Shown: piece by piece, positions 25,888 to 33,932 of the stretch
Layout: each line of letters opens with the position of its first letter
Numbering within the stretch: the stretch's first letter is position 1
Origin: an uncultured Rickettsiales bacterium
GTDB taxonomy: Bacteria; Pseudomonadota; Alphaproteobacteria; RF32; CAG-239
NCBI GenBank assembly: GCA_900551865.1
Contig: URXV01000005.1
Coordinates: forward strand, 29,535-93,534
Reading direction: 5' to 3'
Length of the DNA: 64,000 nucleotides
The notes under the pieces: model-generated
Told to the model about the DNA's origin: nothing
The model's input: the letters and a program-made list of their open reading frames with translations, nothing else
Database searches by the model: none
Program-made: the position numbers and the translations under genes

Positions 25888-27663
25888 CTACTTGCTGCCT
25901 GACTTATACGTCCTGACCGTTCCGTCGGGAGCCGTAAGCGTCAGGGTGTAGCGGTCTTGGGAATAGCTGCCTTTGTAGCCGTTGACCGTAGAGGAATAAC
26001 GCTTGTTGACAATATTCTTCCAGCCCAGGATTTTGCAGGTAAGGACGTCGACGCCGGCAATCAGCGAGTTGTCTTCCGCATACCATTCAATTCCGCCGTC
26101 AGCGGCGTCAACTGCGCGGGCAAGCCTGAATGCGGCTCCGGCACGTTGCTGTGCTGCGGAATTAAAGCCGGTATAGCCGCTCTGCACATAGGTCATTTCC
26201 TGAGGAAATGCTTCTTCATAAGCGCAGACGCCGAAACTGTACCCTTCTTCAAAACGGATGACAACGGCTTTTTTGGTGATGTTGCCTTTGTGGCTTAATC
26301 CGTCGACGTCAAGCACGGCGGTAACCGCAAAGTCAAAAATTTTGCCGTGTCCGGGAACCGGGTCGGGGTTGGGATCCGGCTCTGGGTCAGGATCAGGGTT
26401 CGGATCGGGCGAGCCGCCTTTTTTGACCAGCAGAGTAACGACGGAAGCGCCGAAACTCTTTCCAAGCAGGGAAACTGTCGCCTCCGTGGTGTTTTTGGCA
26501 GAATTTTCGCCGTTCGGGATTAGGCTGTGCGTTTCATTGAAAACCGCAGTCAGGTCAAACCCGAAAGTCTGCCCGTCGAGGGCGTACCCTGCCTCATAGG
26601 CGGGATAACTGAAAACATCGCTGAAAGCGTCAGAACCGTTACTGAAACTTATCGTCTGCGTAATCGTTCCTTTTTTGAGAGTCCAGCCGTTGCCGCTGAT
26701 GTCGTCCTTTCGGCTTGTCTGCATCTCGGCAGAAGCCTTAAAGTCAAAGTTTGCAACCTCCAGCGTTCTGTCTTCTTTGCCCTCAAATGCAAAAGAAAGT
26801 GCCGGCGATTGGAATTTTTGGCGTTTTGTACCCGACAGGCTCCATGTTTCGGTCTTTTCAACATAGAGCGTAAAGGAAGAAGCGCTGTTCCATTCCCATC
26901 CTTTGCCGTATTCGGTGCGAAGGAGTTCATCTGCCGCATCAGTGCTTTTTTTGACATAAGCGGCGGTCAGCTTTTCCGTGCCTGTGTCCTCCTGTCCGTA
27001 AACGCTCCAGACGGCATTAAAATCCGCCTCGGCTCTGAAACATCCGTCCGAACCCGGAATTTCCTCCGCTCGGGAGCTGAGAAAAACGGGCGCGTCGATT
27101 TTCATATAGGGCAGGGCGGTTTTGCCTGTGCCGGAAAAATCCGAACCGGAGGCAAGAGCATAGCTTTCGTATTCAATCTCTGCCGAAATCGTCTGGCCGT
27201 CTTTAAAAGAAAACAGCCTTTCGATGTGGTGGCGCTGCGGAAGCGTGCCGGAAACGGAAGAATCGCCTGTTTCGTTCTCCAAAGCCGGCACCGGACTGTC
27301 TGTCTTGTGAAACAGGATGGTGTCTTTCGCCGGCCAGAGTTTAAGCCGTGCCTGCGGCGTCAGCGTATGCCTTGTACCACCGGAACTGTAAACTAATTGC
27401 TGTGCGCAGGTCATAAACACCGTGTCTTCAGCCACAGCGGTTTTCCACTCGTAGTCATAAGAAATCAGCATGATGTCATCATCTTCCATGCTGAAAATTG
27501 CCTTTTCGGCACCGTCGCACCCCGCAAACATCAGCACTGCCAGAACCAAAGCCGCGGCAGTCGGTATTCCGTACCCGAAAGCCGGCAGAAGCCGGAACGT
27601 CTGCAAAAAACGGAAAGCCCGCAAAAAGCGGAACGTCTGCAGAAAAAAACTTTTCTTTTTCAT
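25888..27663 (-). CDS. hypothetical lipoprotein
   Basis: Long n-region, then ALVLAVLMFAGC lipobox. PDPNPDPDPEPDPNPDPVPG linker. No SD. Confidence 0.75.
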   Translation of the reverse strand: MKKKSFFLQTFRFLRAFRFLQTFRLLPAFGYGIPTAAALVLAVLMFAGCDGAEKAIFSMEDDDIMLISYDYEWKTAVAEDTVFMTCAQQLVYSSGGTRHTLTPQARLKLWPAKDTILFHKTDSPVPALENETGDSSVSGTLPQRHHIERLFSFKDGQTISAEIEYESYALASGSDFSGTGKTALPYMKIDAPVFLSSRAEEIPGSDGCFRAEADFNAVWSVYGQEDTGTEKLTAAYVKKSTDAADELLRTEYGKGWEWNSASSFTLYVEKTETWSLSGTKRQKFQSPALSFAFEGKEDRTLEVANFDFKASAEMQTSRKDDISGNGWTLKKGTITQTISFSNGSDAFSDVFSYPAYEAGYALDGQTFGFDLTAVFNETHSLIPNGENSAKNTTEATVSLLGKSFGASVVTLLVKKGGSPDPNPDPDPEPDPNPDPVPGHGKIFDFAVTAVLDVDGLSHKGNITKKAVVIRFEEGYSFGVCAYEEAFPQEMTYVQSGYTGFNSAAQQRAGAAFRLARAVDAADGGIEWYAEDNSLIAGVDVLTCKILGWKNIVNKRYSSTVNGYKGSYSQDRYTLTLTAPDGTVRTYKSGSK

Positions 27664-28025
27664 AAAAAAAATTATTAAACGTTAAACATATATACAAAAA
27701 AATAAAGTCTTATCTGCTCAAAATTCCGTAAAGGCGTGCCCGTGTTTGCAAAAAACTTCGCGCCGTTCTTGTTGCAAATGCAGCTATTACCAAAAATATA
27801 CTTCATAATATATCAAAGCAATAATATTGTATTGGCATAATAAGACTTTTAACGCCGCTATCATAAACGGAAAAAATAAATATTCAAGCAAATTTTGTCC
27901 TTTTTGTTGTTTTGTCTAAAGTGAATGCAGCCGTGTTTTTAAAACAGATTCATAAATAATTAAACATTTTCAATTATCATCAATACAGATATGCAACAGC
28001 ATATTCAGGGCGTCGAAAACCCTTT

Positions 28026-28185
28026 TATAAGCTTAGTCGTGTGCACCCGACTTTAAAAATTGTGCCGATGTCATACTTCCGTGAGGGGTGGATGTCGGTG
28101 AATAAGGCTCTGCCCCAATAAGCCGAGCCGTTTAAGCTTATACGGTTTTCGAACATCCGCCCGCCTAAAAGGTGGGTTTTGTTTT
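28026..28185 (+). promoter_or_regulatory. candidate structured leader (riboswitch or attenuator-like) ending in an intrinsic terminator
   Basis: A 10-bp closing helix (28026-28035 with 28133-28142). Terminator CCCGCC/GGTGGG (28160-28176) plus UUUUGUUUU. An alternative 10-bp pairing (28086-28095 with 28053-28062) overlaps the terminator's 5' arm. The element ends 25 nt before the lipoprotein ATG. Confidence 0.4.
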
Positions 28186-28209
28186 GACTGTTAACAAAGG
28201 ATGTTTGAA

Positions 28210-28560
28210 ATGAAACGAATATTTTCAATCTTAGCTATAGCTCTATGTATGGGCGGATGTACTGTTCACATCACAGACTTGTCAATGATTTCAAATAAAA
28301 ATATTAATCTTGACAATGTTGATATAGACAGGCTTCCGCAGAAAAAACAAATAGAAGGGGAAGACCGCAAATTTATGTTTTTATTCATTCCGTTCGGCCA
28401 GCCTACCTTAAAAGAGGCTTTAAACGACGCTTTGCAAAAAGGTGGCGGGGATTTGATGGTTGATGCTTCCGTTTACTATACTTACTGGTGGCTGGGTGTC
28501 GGCGAGTTAGGAATTAAGATTAAAGGAGATGTCGTCAATACGAGGGGAGAAAAACAATGA
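28210..28560 (+). CDS. small lipoprotein (paralog 1)
   Basis: MKRIFSILAIALCMGGC lipobox. AGGA lies 9 nt upstream of ATG 28210. Shares ...EGED..F.F.IP.G.P.L.EALN.A....D.M.D... with the next ORF. Confidence 0.75.
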   Translation: MKRIFSILAIALCMGGCTVHITDLSMISNKNINLDNVDIDRLPQKKQIEGEDRKFMFLFIPFGQPTLKEALNDALQKGGGDLMVDASVYYTYWWLGVGELGIKIKGDVVNTRGEKQ

Positions 28561-28910
28561 TAAAATGTAGCAAATTGCTTATCCCTGTGTTATTTATGTT
28601 ACCGTCATGCACATTAAATCATGGCGATTATACGGTATTAAGCAATAAGATTGTAGATACCAGGAATTTTGACATGGGAACGGCAAAGCGGCAACGTAAT
28701 GTCGAAGGCGAAGACGTTGCTCATATAATAAGTTTTATTCCGACAGGTGAGCCTAAATTATCAGAAGCTTTAAATAATGCGTTTGCAAAAACGGATACCG
28801 ATGTTATGACAGATGTTACCATAAAATCTTGGTTCTGGTATGTCCCGTATGTTTACGGACAGAAAGGATGGTCAGTCAGCGGCGATGCTGTAAAAACCCG
28901 CCATAACTGA
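28557..28910 (+). CDS. small lipoprotein (paralog 2)
   Basis: LFMLPSC lipobox. ATGA start/stop overlap with the previous gene. Clear paralogy. Confidence 0.75.
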   Translation: MIKCSKLLIPVLFMLPSCTLNHGDYTVLSNKIVDTRNFDMGTAKRQRNVEGEDVAHIISFIPTGEPKLSEALNNAFAKTDTDVMTDVTIKSWFWYVPYVYGQKGWSVSGDAVKTRHN

Positions 28911-28935
28911 CATAAAAGGAGTATCGGTGAAAAAT

Positions 28936-28964
28936 CAGGGCGGCGGAAACACCGCCTTGATTTT
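28936..28964 (+). terminator. rho-independent terminator of the small-lipoprotein pair
   Basis: CAGGGCGG/CCGCCTTG stem followed by ATTTT. Confidence 0.55.
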
Positions 28965-29021
28965 AATAGTGTTATCCCGTCGGGCATAAATAGTCATCTT
29001 TCCCTTTTGTCTAATTTAAGC

Positions 29022-29050
29022 TTGACAGTTTTTATCGGGCGCGTTATCAT
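29022..29050 (+). promoter_or_regulatory. sigma70-type promoter (TTGACA-17-TATCAT)
   Basis: Consensus -35 and a reasonable -10, about 25 nt upstream of ATG 29077. Confidence 0.45.
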
Positions 29051-29076
29051 AAAGCCCTAACCAAAATTTTTTAGAT

Positions 29077-29799
29077 ATGGATTATAAAGAAAGTCGGGAG
29101 TTGCTTTTGCATGCAGAAGCCCTCTCTTATGAAAATGCCTGCCAGATTCTGGATTTGTGGCAGCAGTCGCCCAGAACATATTGCGATTTTCTGCGTAACA
29201 GCGGAACCTTCGTCTTTCTGGAATCTTATGTCGGTCAGAACGAAGAAACGGAACTTCACTCGTTTGTCCAAACCAGGCGTCGGGTTCCGTCCCCGGCTGT
29301 TGCCGAAAAGTTTTTCCGGCTTGGATATGACGATCTGAACGTCCGTTTTATGGAAATAGTCAACGCTATCGTGTTTAAGCAGGAAACTGATTTGGATATC
29401 TGTGCCTGGCCGTACGTCAACAAGTTGTGCGTCCGGCACTTCAGCCGCGAATTTATCCTCAATATGTTTCTGGATATGCATTATGTCTTTGACTTTGCCA
29501 ATGACGAAACCGGGGAAGTCTTTGACATCATGTACAAAAGGCTGAACGGTTCTGCTCAGGAGCGGGAACTTCTTGCCGTCAACAGTTTTAACATCGGCGG
29601 TTGGGCTTTTTCCGGACGCAACAGCAGCGAAGAAACCATTGTCAGGCTGTATCTGACGGCGCAGCACGCTTTGCATTGCGGTATCGGCGAAGAAGCCAGC
29701 TGCCGCAAACTGTTTTTGCAGTATCTCTTTGATATCCAGCACGGGATACGGCTTTTCCGGCAGGGAAAGCTGAAAGAGCAGGGTATTGTGCTTAACTGA
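29077..29799 (+). CDS. hypothetical protein
   Basis: 240-aa ORF bracketed by a promoter and a strong plus-strand terminator. Preferred over the overlapping minus ORF. Confidence 0.65.
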   Translation: MDYKESRELLLHAEALSYENACQILDLWQQSPRTYCDFLRNSGTFVFLESYVGQNEETELHSFVQTRRRVPSPAVAEKFFRLGYDDLNVRFMEIVNAIVFKQETDLDICAWPYVNKLCVRHFSREFILNMFLDMHYVFDFANDETGEVFDIMYKRLNGSAQERELLAVNSFNIGGWAFSGRNSSEETIVRLYLTAQHALHCGIGEEASCRKLFLQYLFDIQHGIRLFRQGKLKEQGIVLN

Positions 29800-29844
29800 A
29801 GCTTTTGCCGCGGGGCTTCCCCCGGCAGGGTTTCAGGCAAATCA

Positions 29845-29870
29845 ATCGGGGCTTGTCCCCGATTTTTTTT
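29845..29870 (+). terminator. rho-independent terminator
   Basis: ATCGGGG/CCCCGAT hairpin followed by T8. Confidence 0.7.
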
Positions 29871-30079
29871 ATGCGGCGTTGCATATTCCTTTTCTCCGCT
29901 GCCCGGTTTCCACCCATCTTTCGCCATCCGCTCTCTTCTCCCGTAACTCCCCTGTTTTCCTCTCAATCCCCCGTTGCTCTCCTCTCCCACGCTCCTGTGT
30001 GCGGAAAAATATTCCCGTTGACAAATCCCCGCGGTATGCTAGCATAACCCGGAATTGAATATATGGGAGAAAAAGCATC

Positions 30080-30946
30080 ATGTCCGCCTTATCAGACGAT
30101 TTCAAAGTAAAAATCCAGTATTTTATGCCCAAGAAACTATTGTCCCGCGCCGTCGGCAAACTGGCTGCCGCCGAAATAGGGCAGGGCACGGCGTTTCTGA
30201 TTGAGCGTTTTGTCAAATACTATAATGTGGATATGAAAGAGGCCAAAATCCAGGATATTGCAAAATTCAAAAGCTTTAACGACTTTTTCACCCGCGAGCT
30301 GAAAAAGGGCGCCCGCCCGGTCGTATCCGACGAAAATGCGCTGGCGGAACCGGCGGACGGCACGATGAGCGAACTGGGCGAAATATACAAAGACGCCGTT
30401 TTGCAGGCCAAAGGGCATTATTACAGCCTTGAAGCGCTGCTGGGCGGCCGCAGCGAGGACGCCGCATATTTTGAAAACGGCAGCTTTGCCACCACCTATC
30501 TTTCTCCGCGCGACTATCACCGCGTGCACATGCCTCTGACCGGCAAGCTTGAAAAAATGCTGTTCATCCCCGGCGAGCTGTTTTCGGTCAATCCGCTGAC
30601 CGCCCGCAATGTGGACAATCTTTTTGCCCGCAACGAACGCGTCGTCTGTTTTTTCAATAATGAGAAGATAGGCCGTTTTGCCGTGGTTCTGGTCGGCGCG
30701 ACGATTGTGGCGAGCATTGCGACGGTATTCGCCGGGCTGGTCGCTCCCGCCGTCGGCAAAAAAGTTACGGTTTACAACTATGCCAAAGACAATATCGTGC
30801 TGGAAAAGGGCGCCGAACTCGGGCGTTTCCTGCTGGGCAGCACGGTGATTTGCATTTTCCCGCGCGGCAAGGTGAAGTTCGCCAAGGGGCTGGCAAACGG
30901 CACCCCGGTTAAAATGGGCGAACGCCTCGGCGAGATAAAGAAGTAA
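30080..30946 (+). CDS. psd: phosphatidylserine decarboxylase proenzyme
   Basis: FVKYYNVDMKEA, LSPRDYHRVHMP, GELFSVNPLTARNVDNLFARNERV and LGSTVI (self-cleavage GST) closely follow the E. coli-type Psd. Confidence 0.92.
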   Translation: MSALSDDFKVKIQYFMPKKLLSRAVGKLAAAEIGQGTAFLIERFVKYYNVDMKEAKIQDIAKFKSFNDFFTRELKKGARPVVSDENALAEPADGTMSELGEIYKDAVLQAKGHYYSLEALLGGRSEDAAYFENGSFATTYLSPRDYHRVHMPLTGKLEKMLFIPGELFSVNPLTARNVDNLFARNERVVCFFNNEKIGRFAVVLVGATIVASIATVFAGLVAPAVGKKVTVYNYAKDNIVLEKGAELGRFLLGSTVICIFPRGKVKFAKGLANGTPVKMGERLGEIKK

Positions 30947-30953
30947 CCCGCCT

Positions 30954-31070
30954 CCGGAACTACTGCCTCTCCCGTTACTTCCGACAGCCGCCCGCCGGAA
31001 TTGCCGCCTCTCCCGCTGTTTCCGCCAGCCGTTCACCGGGATTGCCATCTCTCTCGTTATGCACGATAAT
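30954..31070. repeat. 41-bp degenerate tandem repeat x3 in a pyrimidine-rich spacer
   Basis: CCGG anchors at 30954, 30995 and 31036. Units share CCGGAAYT..GCCTCTCCCG..TTCCG.CAGCCG. Confidence 0.65.
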
Positions 31071-31122
31071 AGCTCCCGGAACTATCTTCCTCCCGCCGCT
31101 CCAAAAAATTGCTTTCCGCCCT

Positions 31123-31926
31123 CTATTTCCAATAGTCGGCAATCCACGTTGCCGGGCGCAGATGCTTGTAAAGTTTCTTCCAGCCGCGCGGATATTTGTC
31201 GGACTTCGGGTTTGTCGACCAGACGCCGCGCAGGGCTTCGGCAATACCCGGCTCGCCGTGAAAGGCAATCATCTTCAGCCCCTCCGTTTCCGGCAGTTTC
31301 GGCGCGGCGAAATAACGCAGCAGCGGGTGCGGCAGACAGTGGAACCGGAAGCTCTTGAACCAGTTGTCCGGCCAGAAATTGAGCTTCCCGTATTTTTGTA
31401 TGACCATCGTCGACATATACTGCTGCGTTGCCGTGCCGAACTCGCGAATGACTTCTTCCGCGTGCCGTTCGTAATATTCCTTGATGTATCCGAGCGTGCC
31501 GACCACCCACGAATAGCAGCTCGCCTGGCCGATCTGGTTGGCTTTTTTGCCGCGGCGGTGCGCCCAGTCGTTAATCGCATAAACCCCGTTGTCTTGCGGA
31601 TAGTCGAAAAATTCGTCCAGATTGCCGACAATCAGCGAGTCAAGGTCAAAGAAAAACACCCGCTGTCCGCGCAGACCCGCCAGATCGTCGTCGCACAGTC
31701 CCGAAGCCTTCCGGTGATTGCCGAAAACCAGTTCCGGTGCCACATTGAGCACCGGCAGCGGCCGGGAAATAATATCCTCGTTCAGTCCCTCTGTCCGTTC
31801 GGTAAAACAGTAAAAGTCAATATTGTAAGATGTGTTGCGTTTTACCGCCGCACAGAGTTTGTTGACGTCTTCGGCACCGTAATAAGTTCCCCATTTAATA
31901 CAGATAACGTTAAAAGTTTTAGTCAT
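31123..31926 (-). CDS. putative glycosyltransferase (GT-A-like, DxD FFDLDS)
   Basis: 267-aa ORF. N-terminal IKWGTYYGAEDVNKL and FFFDLDSLIV motifs resemble nucleotide-sugar transferases. Function is inference. Confidence 0.6.
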   Translation of the reverse strand: MTKTFNVICIKWGTYYGAEDVNKLCAAVKRNTSYNIDFYCFTERTEGLNEDIISRPLPVLNVAPELVFGNHRKASGLCDDDLAGLRGQRVFFFDLDSLIVGNLDEFFDYPQDNGVYAINDWAHRRGKKANQIGQASCYSWVVGTLGYIKEYYERHAEEVIREFGTATQQYMSTMVIQKYGKLNFWPDNWFKSFRFHCLPHPLLRYFAAPKLPETEGLKMIAFHGEPGIAEALRGVWSTNPKSDKYPRGWKKLYKHLRPATWIADYWK

Positions 31927-31980
31927 ATCAGTCCAGTCTCCGGAAAATGAAAGGTTGCGTTAAAAAATTGCGTCCGCGGC

Positions 31981-33081
31981 TTATGCTTCGGTTTCTGCTG
32001 CCCCGGTTTCTGTCTGCACAAGCGTCGGAAACGGATAATCCGCCGCGTTAAAACTGCCGTCGAGCAGGGAGGCAGCGTACCCTGCGACCGCCGTTTCGTT
32101 AAACAGGGCGTGATAGTGTTTCCAGCCGCGTTCGGCGGCTTTTGCCCGTTCCGCGGGAGCTTTCCTGAATCTTTCGATTTGCTCAATCAACTCTTCCGCC
32201 GACCCGAAAAATCCCGCTTCGTCTTCGCCGAAGAGGTCGCCGAAACCGGTATGCCGGTCAATGTAGGTCAGGCAGCCGTTCCCCATCGCGTGCGCCATCC
32301 GGTCGGAGGAGTAAAGATAGTCGTGGTTGCTGAGCGAAAGGTTCAAAACGCCGGTCGCTTGCTTCAGCGTGTCAAAATAAGCGGTTCCGTTAAGCATCGG
32401 AGATGAAATCCGCGGGAATAAAAAGCGGTTTTCCGGTGCCTGCCGTTGCAAAAATTCGGCAATCTCCCTGCCATAGGCCATCTTTCCGCCGAACTCGCGC
32501 AGTTTGACCGGCGAGGCCGCAAACAACAGGTCATACAAAGGCGCCGTGTTGGCAAAAGCCTGTCCGTCCTCAATCCCCTTGTCCACCGGGTTGGGGATAA
32601 AGCCGACGTTGTGCTTCTCCGGTTCAAACTGCCGCAGCAGCTTCTTGTCGGCGGTCGTTATCAGGGTGAAATCAACGGCGTCCAGCTTGCTCCTGATGTT
32701 GCGGATGTTATGCCCGCCCCAGTCGGTGTACGGGTTGATACAGTCCACGTTCCATTGCAGGATTTTGACACCCGGTACTTTGTCGCGAATTTTCAAAAGC
32801 GTTTCCGCCGTTATGATGTCGGCGTGTCCGAGGATAATCGCGTCAGGGCGGAAATGCAGGCAGTAATTGTAAAAATTCTCATTGGTTTTGCGCACGCTCC
32901 ACGGCGTTTTGGTGCCGAACAGCGAGAGGGCGCGCACCGCTTCGCGGTCATTGTAGCAGATAACCTGATGTCCGAGCCGTATCAGTCCGTTGTTGAGTTT
33001 GTATGCCATGCCCGCCCACGAACATCCCCTGAGGCGCAGGGTTTTGAAATAGGCGCAGTGGACGATTTTCATCGCTTTCAT
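31981..33081 (-). CDS. glycosyltransferase, GT1-like (CgeB / Glyco_trans_1_2-like C-terminus)
   Basis: 366-aa ORF. Two-Rossmann layout, with a C-terminal region typical of GT-B enzymes. Confidence 0.6.
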   Translation of the reverse strand: MKAMKIVHCAYFKTLRLRGCSWAGMAYKLNNGLIRLGHQVICYNDREAVRALSLFGTKTPWSVRKTNENFYNYCLHFRPDAIILGHADIITAETLLKIRDKVPGVKILQWNVDCINPYTDWGGHNIRNIRSKLDAVDFTLITTADKKLLRQFEPEKHNVGFIPNPVDKGIEDGQAFANTAPLYDLLFAASPVKLREFGGKMAYGREIAEFLQRQAPENRFLFPRISSPMLNGTAYFDTLKQATGVLNLSLSNHDYLYSSDRMAHAMGNGCLTYIDRHTGFGDLFGEDEAGFFGSAEELIEQIERFRKAPAERAKAAERGWKHYHALFNETAVAGYAASLLDGSFNAADYPFPTLVQTETGAAETEA

Positions 33082-33131
33082 AATCCAGAAAAACTCCTTG
33101 TTTTCAAAAGGTTGACGTCAATAAAACGGTG

Positions 33132-33190
33132 CTGAAAAAATACGACCGTTTAAATTCATCACCTCAACCGAAGTTCAGTCGAAATAAATG
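33132..33190. promoter_or_regulatory. conserved AT-rich upstream element, copy 3 (CTGAAAAAATACGACCGTTTAAATTCATCA...GTTCAGT)
   Basis: Aligns with 5784-5831 and begins 51 nt upstream of the minus-strand ATG 33081. A partial inverted copy, AAAACGGTCGTATTTT, lies at about 33245-33260. Confidence 0.5.
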
Positions 33191-33281
33191 TTGATATATT
33201 CAGATAGTTATTGCGCTCGCCATTAGGTCCGGGTATATTAAAAAAAACGGTCGTATTTTATAATCAAAAGATGTAGAAAAC

Positions 33282-33932
33282 ATGAAAAAGCTGGCTCTGT
33301 CGTCGGAAATTTACCTCATCAAGGCATCGGAATTAAAAAAGCTGTCTCAGGATAATAGTCTTATATCTGCGGCCAAAGGCGTTAAATCTTCGGAAATTAT
33401 TGTTTTGCTGAACACCGGCACTCCTGATGTCCTGTTATCCGGTGCAAAACGGATAGGGGAGGCGGCCGACGGAGACTTTCTGCCGGTACGGTTTGCCTAT
33501 CGCTCTTACCCGGCGTGGCAGGCGTTTTTCATCAACCTGATTAAGCCGGTAAAGCGGAAATTTTACTCGGTTTTTCCGTCAACCTATACGACGACTCTGG
33601 CTTGCCTGCTTGCCAACAACATTACCCGCGGCGAGCGCAACGAACAGAACGCTTACCAGTGGACAAACAAAAAATGGCAGATAAGCCGCGAAGAGGCGCG
33701 CCGCCGTTACAGCGACCTGTATAATTCCATCAAAGCCAACGGCTATGACGCCAAGAGCCCAATGCTCGTTATGCTTAACCGCAAGTTCGGCATCAAGGAT
33801 CAGCTGCTGCAGGGGCATCATCGCATCGGCATCTGCAAAGCCCTTAACGTCAGCGAGGTCAGCATATCGTTTTGGGCGGTGCCGCGCTCGTTTGGCTTTT
33901 TTAAATTGTTTACAAAAAGGAAAAAATCATGA
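33282..33932 (+). CDS. hypothetical protein (possible ParB/sulfiredoxin-like fold; weak)
   Basis: 216-aa ORF with an ATGA overlap to the downstream GT4 gene. The QGHHRIGICKAL motif is the only hint. Confidence 0.55.
   Translation: MKKLALSSEIYLIKASELKKLSQDNSLISAAKGVKSSEIIVLLNTGTPDVLLSGAKRIGEAADGDFLPVRFAYRSYPAWQAFFINLIKPVKRKFYSVFPSTYTTTLACLLANNITRGERNEQNAYQWTNKKWQISREEARRRYSDLYNSIKANGYDAKSPMLVMLNRKFGIKDQLLQGHHRIGICKALNVSEVSISFWAVPRSFGFFKLFTKRKKS

Noticed and set aside
28026-28185. Assigning the leader to a known riboswitch class (c-di-GMP I/II, ZTP, fluoride, guanidine, Mn, preQ1)
   Set aside because: By eye, none of the conserved core sequences of these classes is present. It is left as an unclassified candidate pending an Rfam scan.
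28025-28228. 67-aa minus-strand ORF across the candidate leader
   Set aside because: It has no SD or promoter context. The region is better explained by the plus-strand helices and terminator.
29071-29742. 223-aa minus-strand ORF overlapping 29077..29799
   Set aside because: The plus-strand ORF has a consensus promoter upstream and a strong plus-strand terminator downstream. The minus ORF has neither.
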